Positions 37,824 to 49,700 of a DNA stretch of 64,000 nucleotides are shown one piece after another. The stretch comes from Vicugna vicugna (Eukaryota), in the NCBI GenBank assembly GCA_013265495.1, contig MU058423.1, positions 9,409,627 through 9,473,626 of the forward strand, in the 5' to 3' direction. Positions within the stretch are counted from its first letter, which is position 1. Each line of letters opens with the position of its first letter. The position numbers and the translations under genes were made by a program. The notes below the pieces were generated by a model, which was given only the letters and a program-made list of their open reading frames with translations, made no database searches and had not been told where the DNA came from.

Positions 37824-40600
37824 TACATGGATACAGTAATGAAGGAGAAACATGAGAATAAGTATACAGAATAGAATCTGAATTTGGTGTACCCAGACTG
37901 AAGTACCTTCTTTTAAACAATCATTTCTGTATACTTTCATAGTTCTGTTTTTATTCTCCTTAAGTCTTTGAGAAGACTTCTGGCTAAACTGAAATTCAAT
38001 TTACTGGTAATGAATGGCACCATCAAGGTAATTTTGTTTTCAGTTTGAGAGCCTAGTGTCACATCCCACTTCCTGTGTTTAATCTGAGTTTTTAAGAGAG
38101 GAACAAGAAGACTGGCACTTGATCCAGTCAAGTTATAGGCATATACATTTGTTCTTTAAATTCCTTGCAGTGGAAATCATGTCTTTTTGGACACTCGAAA
38201 CCACATGGAATAAATACAACAATGAAGATTATTTCATTTCACAGCCAGGAATTGGAGGAACAAATTTGAGTATAAAAATCAAATAGATCTTAGAATGTAA
38301 ATAAGTTTTATTTTATTTTATTTTCCTAACAGAGTGAAGTCTGAGTTGCTGTGTTTGGTTACATTAGGGAATTATCTTATGATCTTGTTCTTGAAGTGTA
38401 TAAAAATCATTTCAGTGTACGGAAATTGGAGGAAACAGTTAAAATGACAATATTGTCTAAGAGTTTTAGTCTAGGTCAGAGATTCTGAAGATTTTGAGCA
38501 CATCCCAACGTGAAGTAATCCCTGCACACGGTGTGTTGTCATTTTCTCGGTGGGAAGAGGAATAGCTGAATTGGCTTCCTGCGTAAGACAAGGGTGGAGG
38601 AGGCTGGCATTTCCCAGGGTGTCCGGGAGGGAGATTAGAGCATATGTTGCTTCCACGGACACACCACTGCTCCATTTTCCCCTTTTAGGTGGTGACAAGT
38701 GTGGCTGGACTTAGTCTGGTGAGGTGTAGGCTAGTAGAGATTTATTCCCATAAACTTACCCCCATTTTTTTTCTCTACAATCTTTATACAAGTATCTTAC
38801 TTCCAAAATAGAATTACTTTGTGATCTTACTTTGGAGATTTGCTTAATTCTTTCTAATGAAATAATCCAATAAGTAGTTGTTCTTGTTCTTTTTTTTTTT
38901 TTTAATCATAAAAAAAAGCACATGCCCAGTAAGTATATTCAGGAACCTGTTTACTCTCTTGGCTGCTCATAAGGCATCGTGACTCTTGTTCTAGCGCGGT
39001 GGGCGTGGAACTCTCCGAGAAAATCCCTAGTTTTCCTGAATACCTGTGGGCAGTTAAACCTTCAGAACACGTGCTGCTTCAGTGCGAGTTACAAGGTGCA
39101 CCGGGGGTAGCAAGGGCTGAGGCAGGGGTGTGCTGTGCTGTGATTCAATAAGGAAAACGCGGAACAAGGGGCCACTGGTGTTATTTTATTGGACACATGA
39201 TTTAATTTAGTTCCTTAGGAGATAGAAGTGTCAGGAAAAGCAAAGCTTGTGCCCACACAAGTCACAGTCTAATAAAGTAACCTTTAGACAACAGCTGTAA
39301 TGTAAAAGGCCTTCGCCAAAAACAACAGAGCAGGGCCCAGTTCCTGTCCCTCAGAGCAGGCCAGCTGACACGGTGGCTGAGTTTAACAACAAAAAAGAAC
39401 AAAGCAAAACAAAACAAAACAATCCAAACCAAGGTTTTCTAAGGAAAGGAAAATGTACTAATTAGAAGCTGGACATTTTGAAAGCACAGTTTTACGGAAA
39501 AGTGCCAACTCTATCTGTGGAGTTTTGGTTCCTAAACCCTGGATGAGAAACTATTTCAGCTTGTTGAATCCTTTCTGGTGGGACTGAGACATTGTATCCA
39601 TTGAATAAAAATTCTAAATTACTACTTATGCTATGGGGAATTTGAAGAGCAAAGAATTTGCATCAGTTTTTTTAAAAGTACTCCTGGAACAGCTAATTTC
39701 AGTGGCAGAAAATGCTGAAAAATTGGGATGTTGATTTCCAAAATATTTCTGTTCTTAAAAAAAAATATGATAAGTTTTAACTAATGATAGATGATTGTGC
39801 CAGAGATTTCCAGGTTACTGCCAAATAGAGGATTTTGTAAAATTAAAAAAAAAATTTGGATCATTTAAAGAAAGTAATTCATTTCATACTTTGACTCTTT
39901 CCCAGAACAAACATAAAAAAATGCACGATTCTCCTTCCCGGTATTAACGAAATATTTTCCAAATCCATTGCATTGCATGCATTGCATTCCTTTATCAGGA
40001 TCTTATTCAGTTTGTGACTCTGCTGGAAACTGATATCTTAGAATTAACCTGATACGTGCTTTTACCTACTTTTCTCTTGTTTAATGCTTAGCTTAAGTAT
40101 AACAACATTCATTTGAACTCTGTTAGGCTTTCTGGAACACACTACCACAACTACAAATGAAAAGTTTCAAGTTGTTTGTTTTCTTTCTTTTTCTCTCCCC
40201 CTTTTAAAAGATTTTAACTTTTCGGTATATGAATTGGTTAAAAAAGTTTCCAAGTTGGGGGATCTGTTTTTTGATCTAATGTTTGTCAAATAAAAATGTA
40301 AGGGAAAATTGCATTTTTAAGGTACACAGAAGGTTAACCAAACTGCCTTAAAAGCTTCTAACTGCTATTCAAAACAAAGGCACAGTTTCTGTGAAAATCA
40401 AGAACATTTGCCCTGTACTCAGGTTCGGAAGCCCCAGAGTTACAGAGGGTCGCCAGGGTTAAGAGAGCGGCAGAGACGCGTCCATGAGAGGTGACAGTTC
40501 TGTTTTTTCGCTTACGGGGCTCAGCACGGGGCAGCTAGCAACGTGTCTGCCGTTCCTGTAAGCAACCACCTCCCTGAGTTATAAGTGTATGCAGACTTAC

Positions 40601-40645
40601 TGTGATGGCCTGAAGTCTCTCCTTCACCAGCTCAGCTTCTTCCAT
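40601..40645 (-). CDS. PALMD: Coding exon 1 ([15 protein letters not shown])
   Basis: ATG at 40645-40643 in strong context AGAATGG; 15 codons; donor GTAAGT at 40600-40595. Confidence 0.97.
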
Positions 40646-41130
40646 TCTAGAAGTCAAGGACAGGCAGCCAGTAAGGGGAGTCCAAAGCTACCATAAAGCA
40701 GGAGCCTCCTTGGGGAGAGCAGTGGAGGTGACAGAGGAGAAGCAGGGAGAAACCCGCTCTCGCACCGGTGGAGAACAGCAGAAATCCCCGACTCGGCAGG
40801 AGCGTCTCCGAGCAGATGTACAGATCAGGCCAGACAGACACATGTAATGAGGGTGTGCTGGGGAGGCAGACGCTGAGGCTGCTGGCACGGGCTGACTGAC
40901 AAGTTTGAACGGCAGCGGCACAAGCCCTTTTCCTTCAGGAGCTGCCAGCCCTTTGTTGTAATGTGCACAGTTAGCAAGGCACATTTGCTTATTAACTGTT
41001 CCTTACCCACCTCATTCTCTTCCAGGAGTAGCACAGGGAGCCCACGCGCAGTGTTTAATCAGCCTCTGCTCCAGCCACACACAACCCTCTCTGCATGTGC
41101 GGGGCTGTGTGTGTTTGTGCAAAGGTGCTA
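40646..41130 (-). promoter_or_regulatory. Probable PALMD 5' UTR and proximal promoter
   Basis: Repeat-free, GC- and CpG-enriched sequence directly upstream of the ATG; SOX/TCF-type CTTTGTT at 40951-40957; the TSS cannot be placed from sequence alone. Confidence 0.65.
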
Positions 41131-41929
41131 ACCTGCACTCTGCTCCAGCGTCTGCAAAGACAGAGACTTACCTTGACTGGGCCAAGTCACTTGCTTGCCT
41201 TTCCTCTTTGGATTGGTTTTAGATAATAATAAAAAAACTCAATAGTTACTTCAGAATGTAATGTAGTGGTAGATTTACACCAGGCTGTCCTCGCCTCTTC
41301 CTCCCCGCCCCACTTCAGCAGTTTGTTTCAAACTCTGAAATCTTTAGGTCGTGGAGAAGTCAAAGGTGCTAACGTGACTGTGTTGGGAACTTGGTCCACC
41401 AGCCGTGTTCAGTGTGGTTTAAGTATCAAGTACCACCCTCTGTTATTTCTTGTCTTGGATTTCTATGGAATGCAGTTGTTTCTTGGACCTTGTTTAGCAA
41501 TGACACTCAGGAAGGTGCCCATTTTGATCTCGCCAGATATGCAAGAGAGTGGAGTGAACCCCTGTAAATGTGATGAGACATTCTGTAACTCATGCGGTCC
41601 GACACCGTGTGAGCAGTCCCTGGCCCTTTAGAAAAAGGAAGTCAAGCCTAATTAAACTCTTAGGTCAAAAGCAGAGGCTGGGAAGCTTTATAATTGACTT
41701 TATTTTCTTTCCCCTATCATTTCTTTAATTAAAATTTGACGTAATAAATCCTAATTACCATCTACCTCATTGTTATGTGTGTGGATGCCACCAAGCACCT
41801 TCACCCCAATCTTCAGTTGATGCGGTTAAAAAGGCAACCCAGACATTGGACAGGTGGTCTCATTTCCTTTGCATGGTGGATATCAGCAATAATAACATTT
41901 ATTATTATTAAATATAACATTATTATTAT

Positions 41930-42115
41930 TAAACACTAATATTTATTGAGTACTCTCTCTAGGCAAATGCTTTACATCTGATTTACCTTACAGGATGCTG
42001 GCAGGTAGATGCTATTATCCTTGTCTTAAAAATGAGGAAACTGAGGCTCAGAGAGGTAATTTGCCACACAGCTAATAAATAGCAAAGCCAGGATTGGAAC
42101 CTGGACTGTCTGACT
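41930..42115 (-). mobile_element. MIR SINE
   Basis: ATGAGGAAACTGAGGCTCAGAGAGGTAATTTGCC...GCCAGGATTGGAACCTGG. Confidence 0.75.
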
Positions 42116-43519
42116 TTCTAACAGCTATTCAACAGGTTTGCGCAAGAAAACAGAGCAAGGTGAAACACAGGCTGAAGGTTAATGTCTTTGTGGGAAAGAG
42201 CTGGGCCCCTGGCCTCCTCCTCCACCCAGCTCCCAGAACACTTAGAGCTGGGTGCAAACACCTTAGTTGGAACCCTGTGGGGATCTCCTCTGGATAACCC
42301 CAGTGGCCCCAGTGAGAAAAGATACCCGTGTATTGTCATGTAAAGTCACCCCACCATAGAATCCTAAGGTGAAATCTACTACTTTCAAGAGTCTGAAGTC
42401 ATACTTGAAAGTAGTTTGTCCTTTCTCATACATCCTCAAAAGACATTTAGAGAAACTAGAGAGTAGGAGAACTGACCAGGTGTGGGCCAAGTCTGAGTGC
42501 TGTTGGATGGATATTCAAGCTTAAAAAACATCAGACCTTTAAAATTTTTGATTTTGTTTATCTGCAGATCCTGGCTGAAATTAAAGACAAGAGAGCGGCA
42601 GCGATAAGTATCTCAGTCAGAATTGCATATGTGCTGCCCAGAACAGATGGCCGTCATCCAATTATTAGCCTGGATCTTTTCCTGAAAACAATTTACCTCT
42701 CAAATCTCATTTCTGTTATGGGAAAACCCAAGTGTTTTCTAGTGTAAAGGGAAGACTAGATTAAATAAGAGAATCAGGGAACTTAGGAGAGAGCAAAGAT
42801 GTGACAAGTGATTGGGACCATCAAGTGTTTATTCATTTACTTGATTGATAATACTGATCATTGCTAATATTTTAAACATTTGCTATCCATTTATTCTGCA
42901 CAGATTTGCTGAGCATCTATGATGTGTCAGGAGCTGTGCTACATGTTTGAGATAGCTGGGTAACAAAACTCCTGCTCTGCTGGAACCTACACTCTAGTGG
43001 GCAGTGAAAGATAACTGTAATAAACCAGCAAGATATAGGAGGTGAGAAGATGATCATGCTAGTCTGAATCCCTTTGAGGAACAAATGCCAAGGCAGATTA
43101 AATGTGATTGCTTTTATTAGGGGAACGACAGTATGAAAGAAAATGGGGAGGCAGGCAGAAAAGGCTGGAGCTGGGAAGGTCTCGAAGAGTGGCCAGACCA
43201 TCGTGCAAATCTGACCAGAGTGCAGGTGAGAGGGAGAGAAAGTTTAGTGGGAACAGCTCAATCTGCAGTGCAGTGTGAGGGAGATTGGCAAGGCCATCCG
43301 AGAGCGCTGGAGCCAAAGTCAGCCACCAGATAAGCCCTGTGTCTCCCAGGAACCAGCCTACTTTATTTAGCATTCCTGCCGGAGTAACCCCTGAGAGGCA
43401 CAGTCTTGATGCAAACACGGGGATGGATTTCAGAGTACGACAGCTGGGACCCTTGGTCTGTCATGTTCTTGCCATTGGATGTCTGAGAGGTGCATTCTCA
43501 TGACCGCCACAGTGGTAAA

Positions 43520-44350
43520 TGTCATGGAAGAAAATAGGGCAAGAGAGGAGAAAAAAGATTGCAATGGGTGGCAAGCTGCAGTTTAGAACTGGGTTATTAA
43601 GGTAGCCTCAACGAGAAGGGTGCATTTGAACAAGGCCTTGAAGGTGGGGTGGGAGTTAGCTGTGAGGGCATCAGTGGGAAGAGCATACCAGGAAAAGCCT
43701 GTGCCAAGGCCCTCTGGTGGACTGTAGTTGGCATGTTTTAGGAACAAGGCTAGTATGGTTAGACAGCGGGGACTGGAGGGAACTGTAGCAGGAGATATGG
43801 TTGGAAATGTAACAGGCCCCGGTCCCTGCAAATGTCTTGAAAGGCAATTGTAAGGACCTGGGCTTTTACTCTGTGTGGGGTAAGAAGCCATTGAGATGTT
43901 CTGAGCAGAGAAGTGACATGACCTAGCATATTTTGCAAGGATGGAAGCAGGGAGACTAGGCAGGATGCTACAGTAATAATCTAGTTGAGAAATGACGGTA
44001 GCTTGAGCCAAGGTGGTAACAATGAGCGTAGTGGGAATTGGTTGAACTGTGGATATGTTTTAAAGTAGAACCCAAAGTACTTCCTGAGACTGGATATAAG
44101 GTTTAAGAGAAAGAGAGGATGCATGGTGACTCTAAGACTCTTAGACTGAGCAAATGGAAGTTGCTATCAATTGAGATACAGAAGTTATGAAATAGTTGTG
44201 TTTTTTAAATTTGTTTGTTTGTTTGTTTGTTTTGAGGGGAAGGGTAGATACCAAGAGCTCAGTTTGTACAAGTCAATTAAGTTATCACATGGAGTTGTTG
44301 AGTAGACAGTTGGATTTATGAGTATGAAGTTCAGGCAAGACATCTCATGG
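43520..44350 (-). mobile_element. L2 LINE fragment
   Basis: G/A-rich; GAAGCCATTGAGATGTTCTGAGCAGAGAAGTGACATGACC, GAGTAGACAGTTGGAT. Confidence 0.75.
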
Positions 44351-46249
44351 GGATTTACAAAATTTATTTTATCTCTGGTGGTAAGCAGGACCACAATATA
44401 CCCAGACTTCTAGTCCACAAAACAGCATAATCTAGTGAACTTGTGTTTATTCAACTTTAAATCTGTATTTATGACCAAAGTCAGTCTTTGTAAAATAGAT
44501 ACACAATAGAGCCCTAGCTGCTCTCAATTCTCCTGTTAAATGAATTTTACTAAATATTTTATTGTCACCCAATGTAAATGAGGATGGCAAGAGCTAAAAG
44601 TTACAATTACCTGGCCTTATATTAGGAGTTAAGAGTGATAAGAGCTTCTGAAACAGTGCCTTTTCTTAAAATGAATTTGCTTTCTGGTTGGAGAGGTAAG
44701 ACATATGCTTGAAATAATTCAAGGACAAAAGAATAGTAAACTGACTGTCACTGTATGCTGATAAAACATGGTGCTGACTATTGTACTATTTGAGACCAGG
44801 ATAGTGTAGTGTGGTGAGTAATAGTGGTGTGTGGCACCAGTCTCTCCTACCACAGGGAGAAAGCAGAACTTTAAAGCACAGAAGTCATTCTAAGTGTCAG
44901 AGGGAGGGAAACGTAATGTGTTAAAAGACCAGAAAAGAAATTGTCTTCCCTGGGGCAGAGAGGAAAAATCTGATAGAAACCTCGATAGAAATACATCTCC
45001 GTACATAGAATCTGATGTTCAGGGGAAGTGGGCTAGAAAGTGGAAGAGGAAAGATCAATTCATATTTCCAGGAGAATAAAACTGTCAACTATCCTCAGAA
45101 TATACATGAAGATGGAAAGATTAGGTAGGAAGATCTTTTAGAAAGGTAGGAAATATGAAAGATGAGTGTCTGTGGAAAGAGCCTAAAAAATTTCCAATGT
45201 TCTGTAAAAGCAAATGTCTCCAGATACTTCCTAACCTTCAGAAAGTCTGAACCGAGAGGCCAAGAAGTAAATGAATAAGTAGAACAAAGTAAGTGGAGTA
45301 GTACTCAAGGTGTTGATATAAATATTTTAAAACCCAAGGGTGATGGCAAGAGGAATGATTTATAAGGGAGAAATCGGAAAGAAATTTCAGTAAGAGGGTT
45401 AAATTAGTGAGAAGGATGAGAATTTGATAGGCTCCAAATTGCATACAGAATAGAATCTTAGATCAGAGATTTTGGATTGAAAACCAAAGAGAAATAAAAT
45501 CCAAATAAAACAACAGCAGGAAGAAAATTGAAGGAAACCAAAGTAGGAAGTAAATACTTGTAGGATGCACATGTGAAAAGGCTTTTCTAGAGCCTTCCTG
45601 AGACCAGATCCCATTTAAAAAGTGGGTGCTCACTCTGACTCTTCTCTCTCTCTTGTTTTTTCTCTCTCTTTCTTCCCTTCTTTCTTTATGACTTCTCAGA
45701 CGTCTGGAAGCCAGAAATGGTGTCCACCTACGGAGAATTTAATTCTCATAGTCAGTAGATGTTTAACCAATGTGTGATGTGTGGCCAGATGAATGAACAA
45801 ATGGTCAGAACTCAGAGTACCTGGGCTTCTGTGGCGTAGTGGCACCCCTTTACAAGTCCATATTCCAATTCCATACTTGCATCCTTGTGATGGACAAACT
45901 GTTCTTTGAAACTTACGTATCTCTGAAAGAATTATTAAAAACAGCCTGACCTTCATATTTGTTCTGTGATAACCAGTCCCTCTCTATTCTTCTTGCCCTT
46001 GACTCTTCCTCTCCCATGTCACAGGGCCATGTGAGTTTTTTCGCATCCTTTCCTCCAAGAGATTCCTGATACTGCTTTATTTTCATTCTAGAGTCCTCTT
46101 TGTAGTTGGGCCGACAATATACCTATTTCTTTGTTAGGTAATTTGAACTTTACGGTTAGGAGGCTAATGGGGAAGATGCAATAGGCTTCAAGACAGTCTG
46201 TGGTGCAGGTGCTCATCTTACTTGAACTGTTCATGGCGTTGGGCAGAGT

Positions 46250-46790
46250 TGACTCCTCTTTCCTTCTTTCTTCACTTGGCCTCTAGGACACCACACTCTT
46301 TTGACTTTACTCCCATCTCACTAGTCTCTCCTTCCTAGCCTTCTTTGCTGGTTCTTTCTCTTCTCCCCAACCTAAGCACCAGGGCTCAGTTGTTAGTGCT
46401 CGTTTCTTCTCTGTTCTTCTCTACGCACCCCCTACAGATGTCATTTAATCTCGTTCTAATGCCAAGACTCTGCGTTTATTTATACCTCCAGCTTAGACTC
46501 CTCTACTGCCCCAGATAGCCGTATGGCTCATTCCCTCAGCTTTTTTTAGGTCTTGGCTAACACGTCACCTTCCCAATGAAGCCTATGTTGACCACACTAT
46601 AGAAAATCACAAATTATCTCTCTCTGATTCTGCCAGTCCACCTCATTTGCCCTATTTTTTGCCATAGCCCTTATCATCTTCTACAATAATATATAAGGTA
46701 CTTTTTTATTGGTTGGTTAGTTGGTTTATTGTCTTCTTTCACTAGAGTGAAACTTCCACATGGTGAAGGGTTTTGTCCGTATTTGGAAAT
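46250..46790 (+). mobile_element. L2 fragment(s)
   Basis: TTCTTCACTTGGCCTCTAGGACACCACACTCT...ACTAGAGTGAAACTTCCA. Confidence 0.6.
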
Positions 46791-49700
46791 CAACACTCAG
46801 AAAGATTCGATAAGCTATCGAGGGGTTACATACCCAGTCAGCAGTGAGCCCAGGATTTAAATCTGGAATTGTCTACTCCGAAAGCTCTCCCCCAGTCCAC
46901 TACTTCATTTTTCCTCAATTGTAATGAGATACCATAGCACCGGCTTAACTACATATATTATTACACGCCTAGAATAACACATTATGCATGACAAGCAAAT
47001 GTGATCGTTTTGGTAATTGGTGGAATTGATTTTTTTTAAGACTGCACACAGTCTTTACCCATTTTTGCTTAGGAATTTGTTTAAAGATTAGATTATAAGT
47101 TTTCTATTAGTGAAGTATTCCAGAGATATACCAGTACCAAAAAAAAAAAAAAATCTACCAGCAGATAGTGGCAGAGTGTATGTGGTTAAGTAAGCATGTT
47201 GCTTTCTCTTTGAACAAGTTAATGGTCTTTCAGGCTGAGTTTCCTAGAATTCAAACAACTGCTAATTTAATAGAAAAGAATATTTAACTAAACCAATTGT
47301 TGGGCTTTTTGGAGACAGAAAAAGGAAGCAGCTGTTTTTTGAACTCGGTCTCAGTTGTCTAATGGCCTATCAAAAATAGCCACAGATAAAAAGTAACCTA
47401 TTAACAAAAGAAACATAGATAGCAAAACAGTCTGCCAAACACATGTCAAACAAAATGCAAGTGTTCCATAATTTCTCTTCCCATGTGCACATAAAATGAG
47501 AAGTTAATACTTAACATATTTGGGATCTTATATTTTAGTTTCCTCTGCCGCAGTTTACAAATGGACATGAAAATAATCAGCATCATGAAAAGATTTAGCA
47601 TTACTTTAAGCCAGAGAAAAGCAAGAGGCTTAAGAGTCTATAATTATTGCTCCACCACGCTCAAGGACTCCAGGTGTTTCAGCACAATGACTTCTTCTCC
47701 AGCAATTCACCACTCACACGTACAAACCTAGTGGCTTTCGCACCTGCGTATAGTGTGCACCGTAGAGGGGATGGATGGACCATCTGAGTTGAACTTTGAA
47801 TGTACTTGTTTTGAGTCAGAGCGGTTGGTGAGGACCATTTGCCTTACTCACTTTCCTTCCTTTGTCCGCAGTGTAAGGAAGCTGCTCTTCCTTCAGCATT
47901 GTTTTCGGGTTTGAGTGTTTAAAAAAACGCTGTTCCACTGTGATACCTTCACTTGATGCTTTCACTGTGTCAGTCAATTCAATGCAACATTTAAAATATT
48001 TGGACCGAGAATGTTCCTGAAGTCACAATACGTGTCCACAGTATGGTGCCCGTGTGATACTCCATGTGCTATGCTGGACGTCTAAATTGTCCGGTTTGCC
48101 TCTGTGTGCACTCAGCTGTTTTCTGAACTTGAAACATTTGCACTTCCTTTGCTTTTTGTTTTGAAAAGTGATTTTGTATTTTTTTCCTCAAATTTGTGAT
48201 TTTTAGTCTAAAGAGTAACTGATTTTGCGAGTTTTAGCATTTGAGTCATTGGCCGTTTTTGCCCTAGATTTGCACAAAGAAATAGTGAATGGAGCTTCTT
48301 CTACTTACTAAAGTTTTTTTCATTCCCTTTTTACTTTGTCCTTAAATTTGAATCTCAGTTTTTGTGGGTAAAGCAAAATAAATATTCTTATATCCGTACT
48401 GGGATTGTAAATGCAAACAGAGAAGTTAAAACTAGTCATTGAGGAGCTGTCCTTCCCATAAAGAAGTCTCTGATTCCATAATTCTGCCAGACTCTTGAAT
48501 TTAGACATGGGGATTCCTGGTTCTAATTTTTCAGTCTCAAACACCTGTGTTCCTAAGGAGTTTCAAAGAAGAGTTTGGCCATCACAAGGATGCAGTTATG
48601 GAACTGGATATGGATTTGTAAAGGGGTGTCACTACCACATGGAAGCCTGAGTACTATGAGTCTGGTCATTTGTTCATTCACCTGTCCATACATCACACGT
48701 TGGTTAAACATCTACTGAGTCTGCAACCGACATCGTGCTGTGTGCTGGAGACAGAGATGAATCAGACAACGAACCCTTTGTAGTAGAGAAGACAGGAGGT
48801 CAACACCAGAAGACAAGCAAACACTGTGTGAAAAGTGCTAGGTAACCAAAGTCAGACTCAGGGCAGAGGGAAGGCCAGAGTTCAGCTAAGTCATCCTAGC
48901 AGAAATGACGGCTGAGCTGAGGGCTTGAGTCTTTCAGGTCTGGGCAATTAGGAGTTAATTAAACAAGGGAATGAGTCAGGTGAGGGGGTGGGAAGGCAAA
49001 GGGGAAACTGTACAGTCACAGTTCTGGACTTTCTAGCTCATCATAGACAAACTGATTATTTTCCCCAGATACAGATTTCTTAGCAGATACTCACCAAACT
49101 GTCCACATAGGCTTATAAGTCCCTGGTTTATTACGTAAAGTATGTGGTATTCAAAGACTATATTATAAATACGTTTGTCTACATATATATTTATTAGTGA
49201 TCCTTAACTAATTTGCATACATCAAAATCTTGAATCTTCACCATTAAAAGCTAACAAATGTAACTGGTTTTGGAGTCAGAGAGATGGGCTTGTTTTCCGA
49301 CTTTTCCACTTACTAGATGGGTAAACTTGGAAAAATCACTTACTATCTCACATAGTCTGGTCTTTGGTGTAAACTAATAGTAATAATAGTTCTTAAAATT
49401 TTTTTTGATCAAGGGTAGATAAATATTTAAGTAAAGGTGGTAATGGACATAGTAGTTGCTTAATAAATGGCAACTATGATTATTATTTCTTAATTTGTTA
49501 TTATACAAGTCAAGTTCTTAGGAGGGTCTGTACAATAGGGCAAACACATCATTCTTGCTTTCAGTGCTTTCACATTTGCTTGAAGGCATCTTTCTACACA
49601 TATAACCTAATACTGTGATTGACTTGTTCAAGGAAAACACCAGAGTCTCATCCTTCTCTGTGAACCAAGAAGGCTTCACATGTGTCCATTTCCAGCATGG

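Larger units (their letters stand above)
1450..40645 (-). other. PALMD: Palmdelphin gene body from start codon through exon 7 and its read-through stop; the canonical terminal exon lies outside the window
   Basis: Seven GT-AG exons (45+81+125+115+34+114+1098 nt) splice in frame to [54 protein letters not shown]...EDPSLT, matching palmdelphin as I recall it. Confidence 0.98.
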
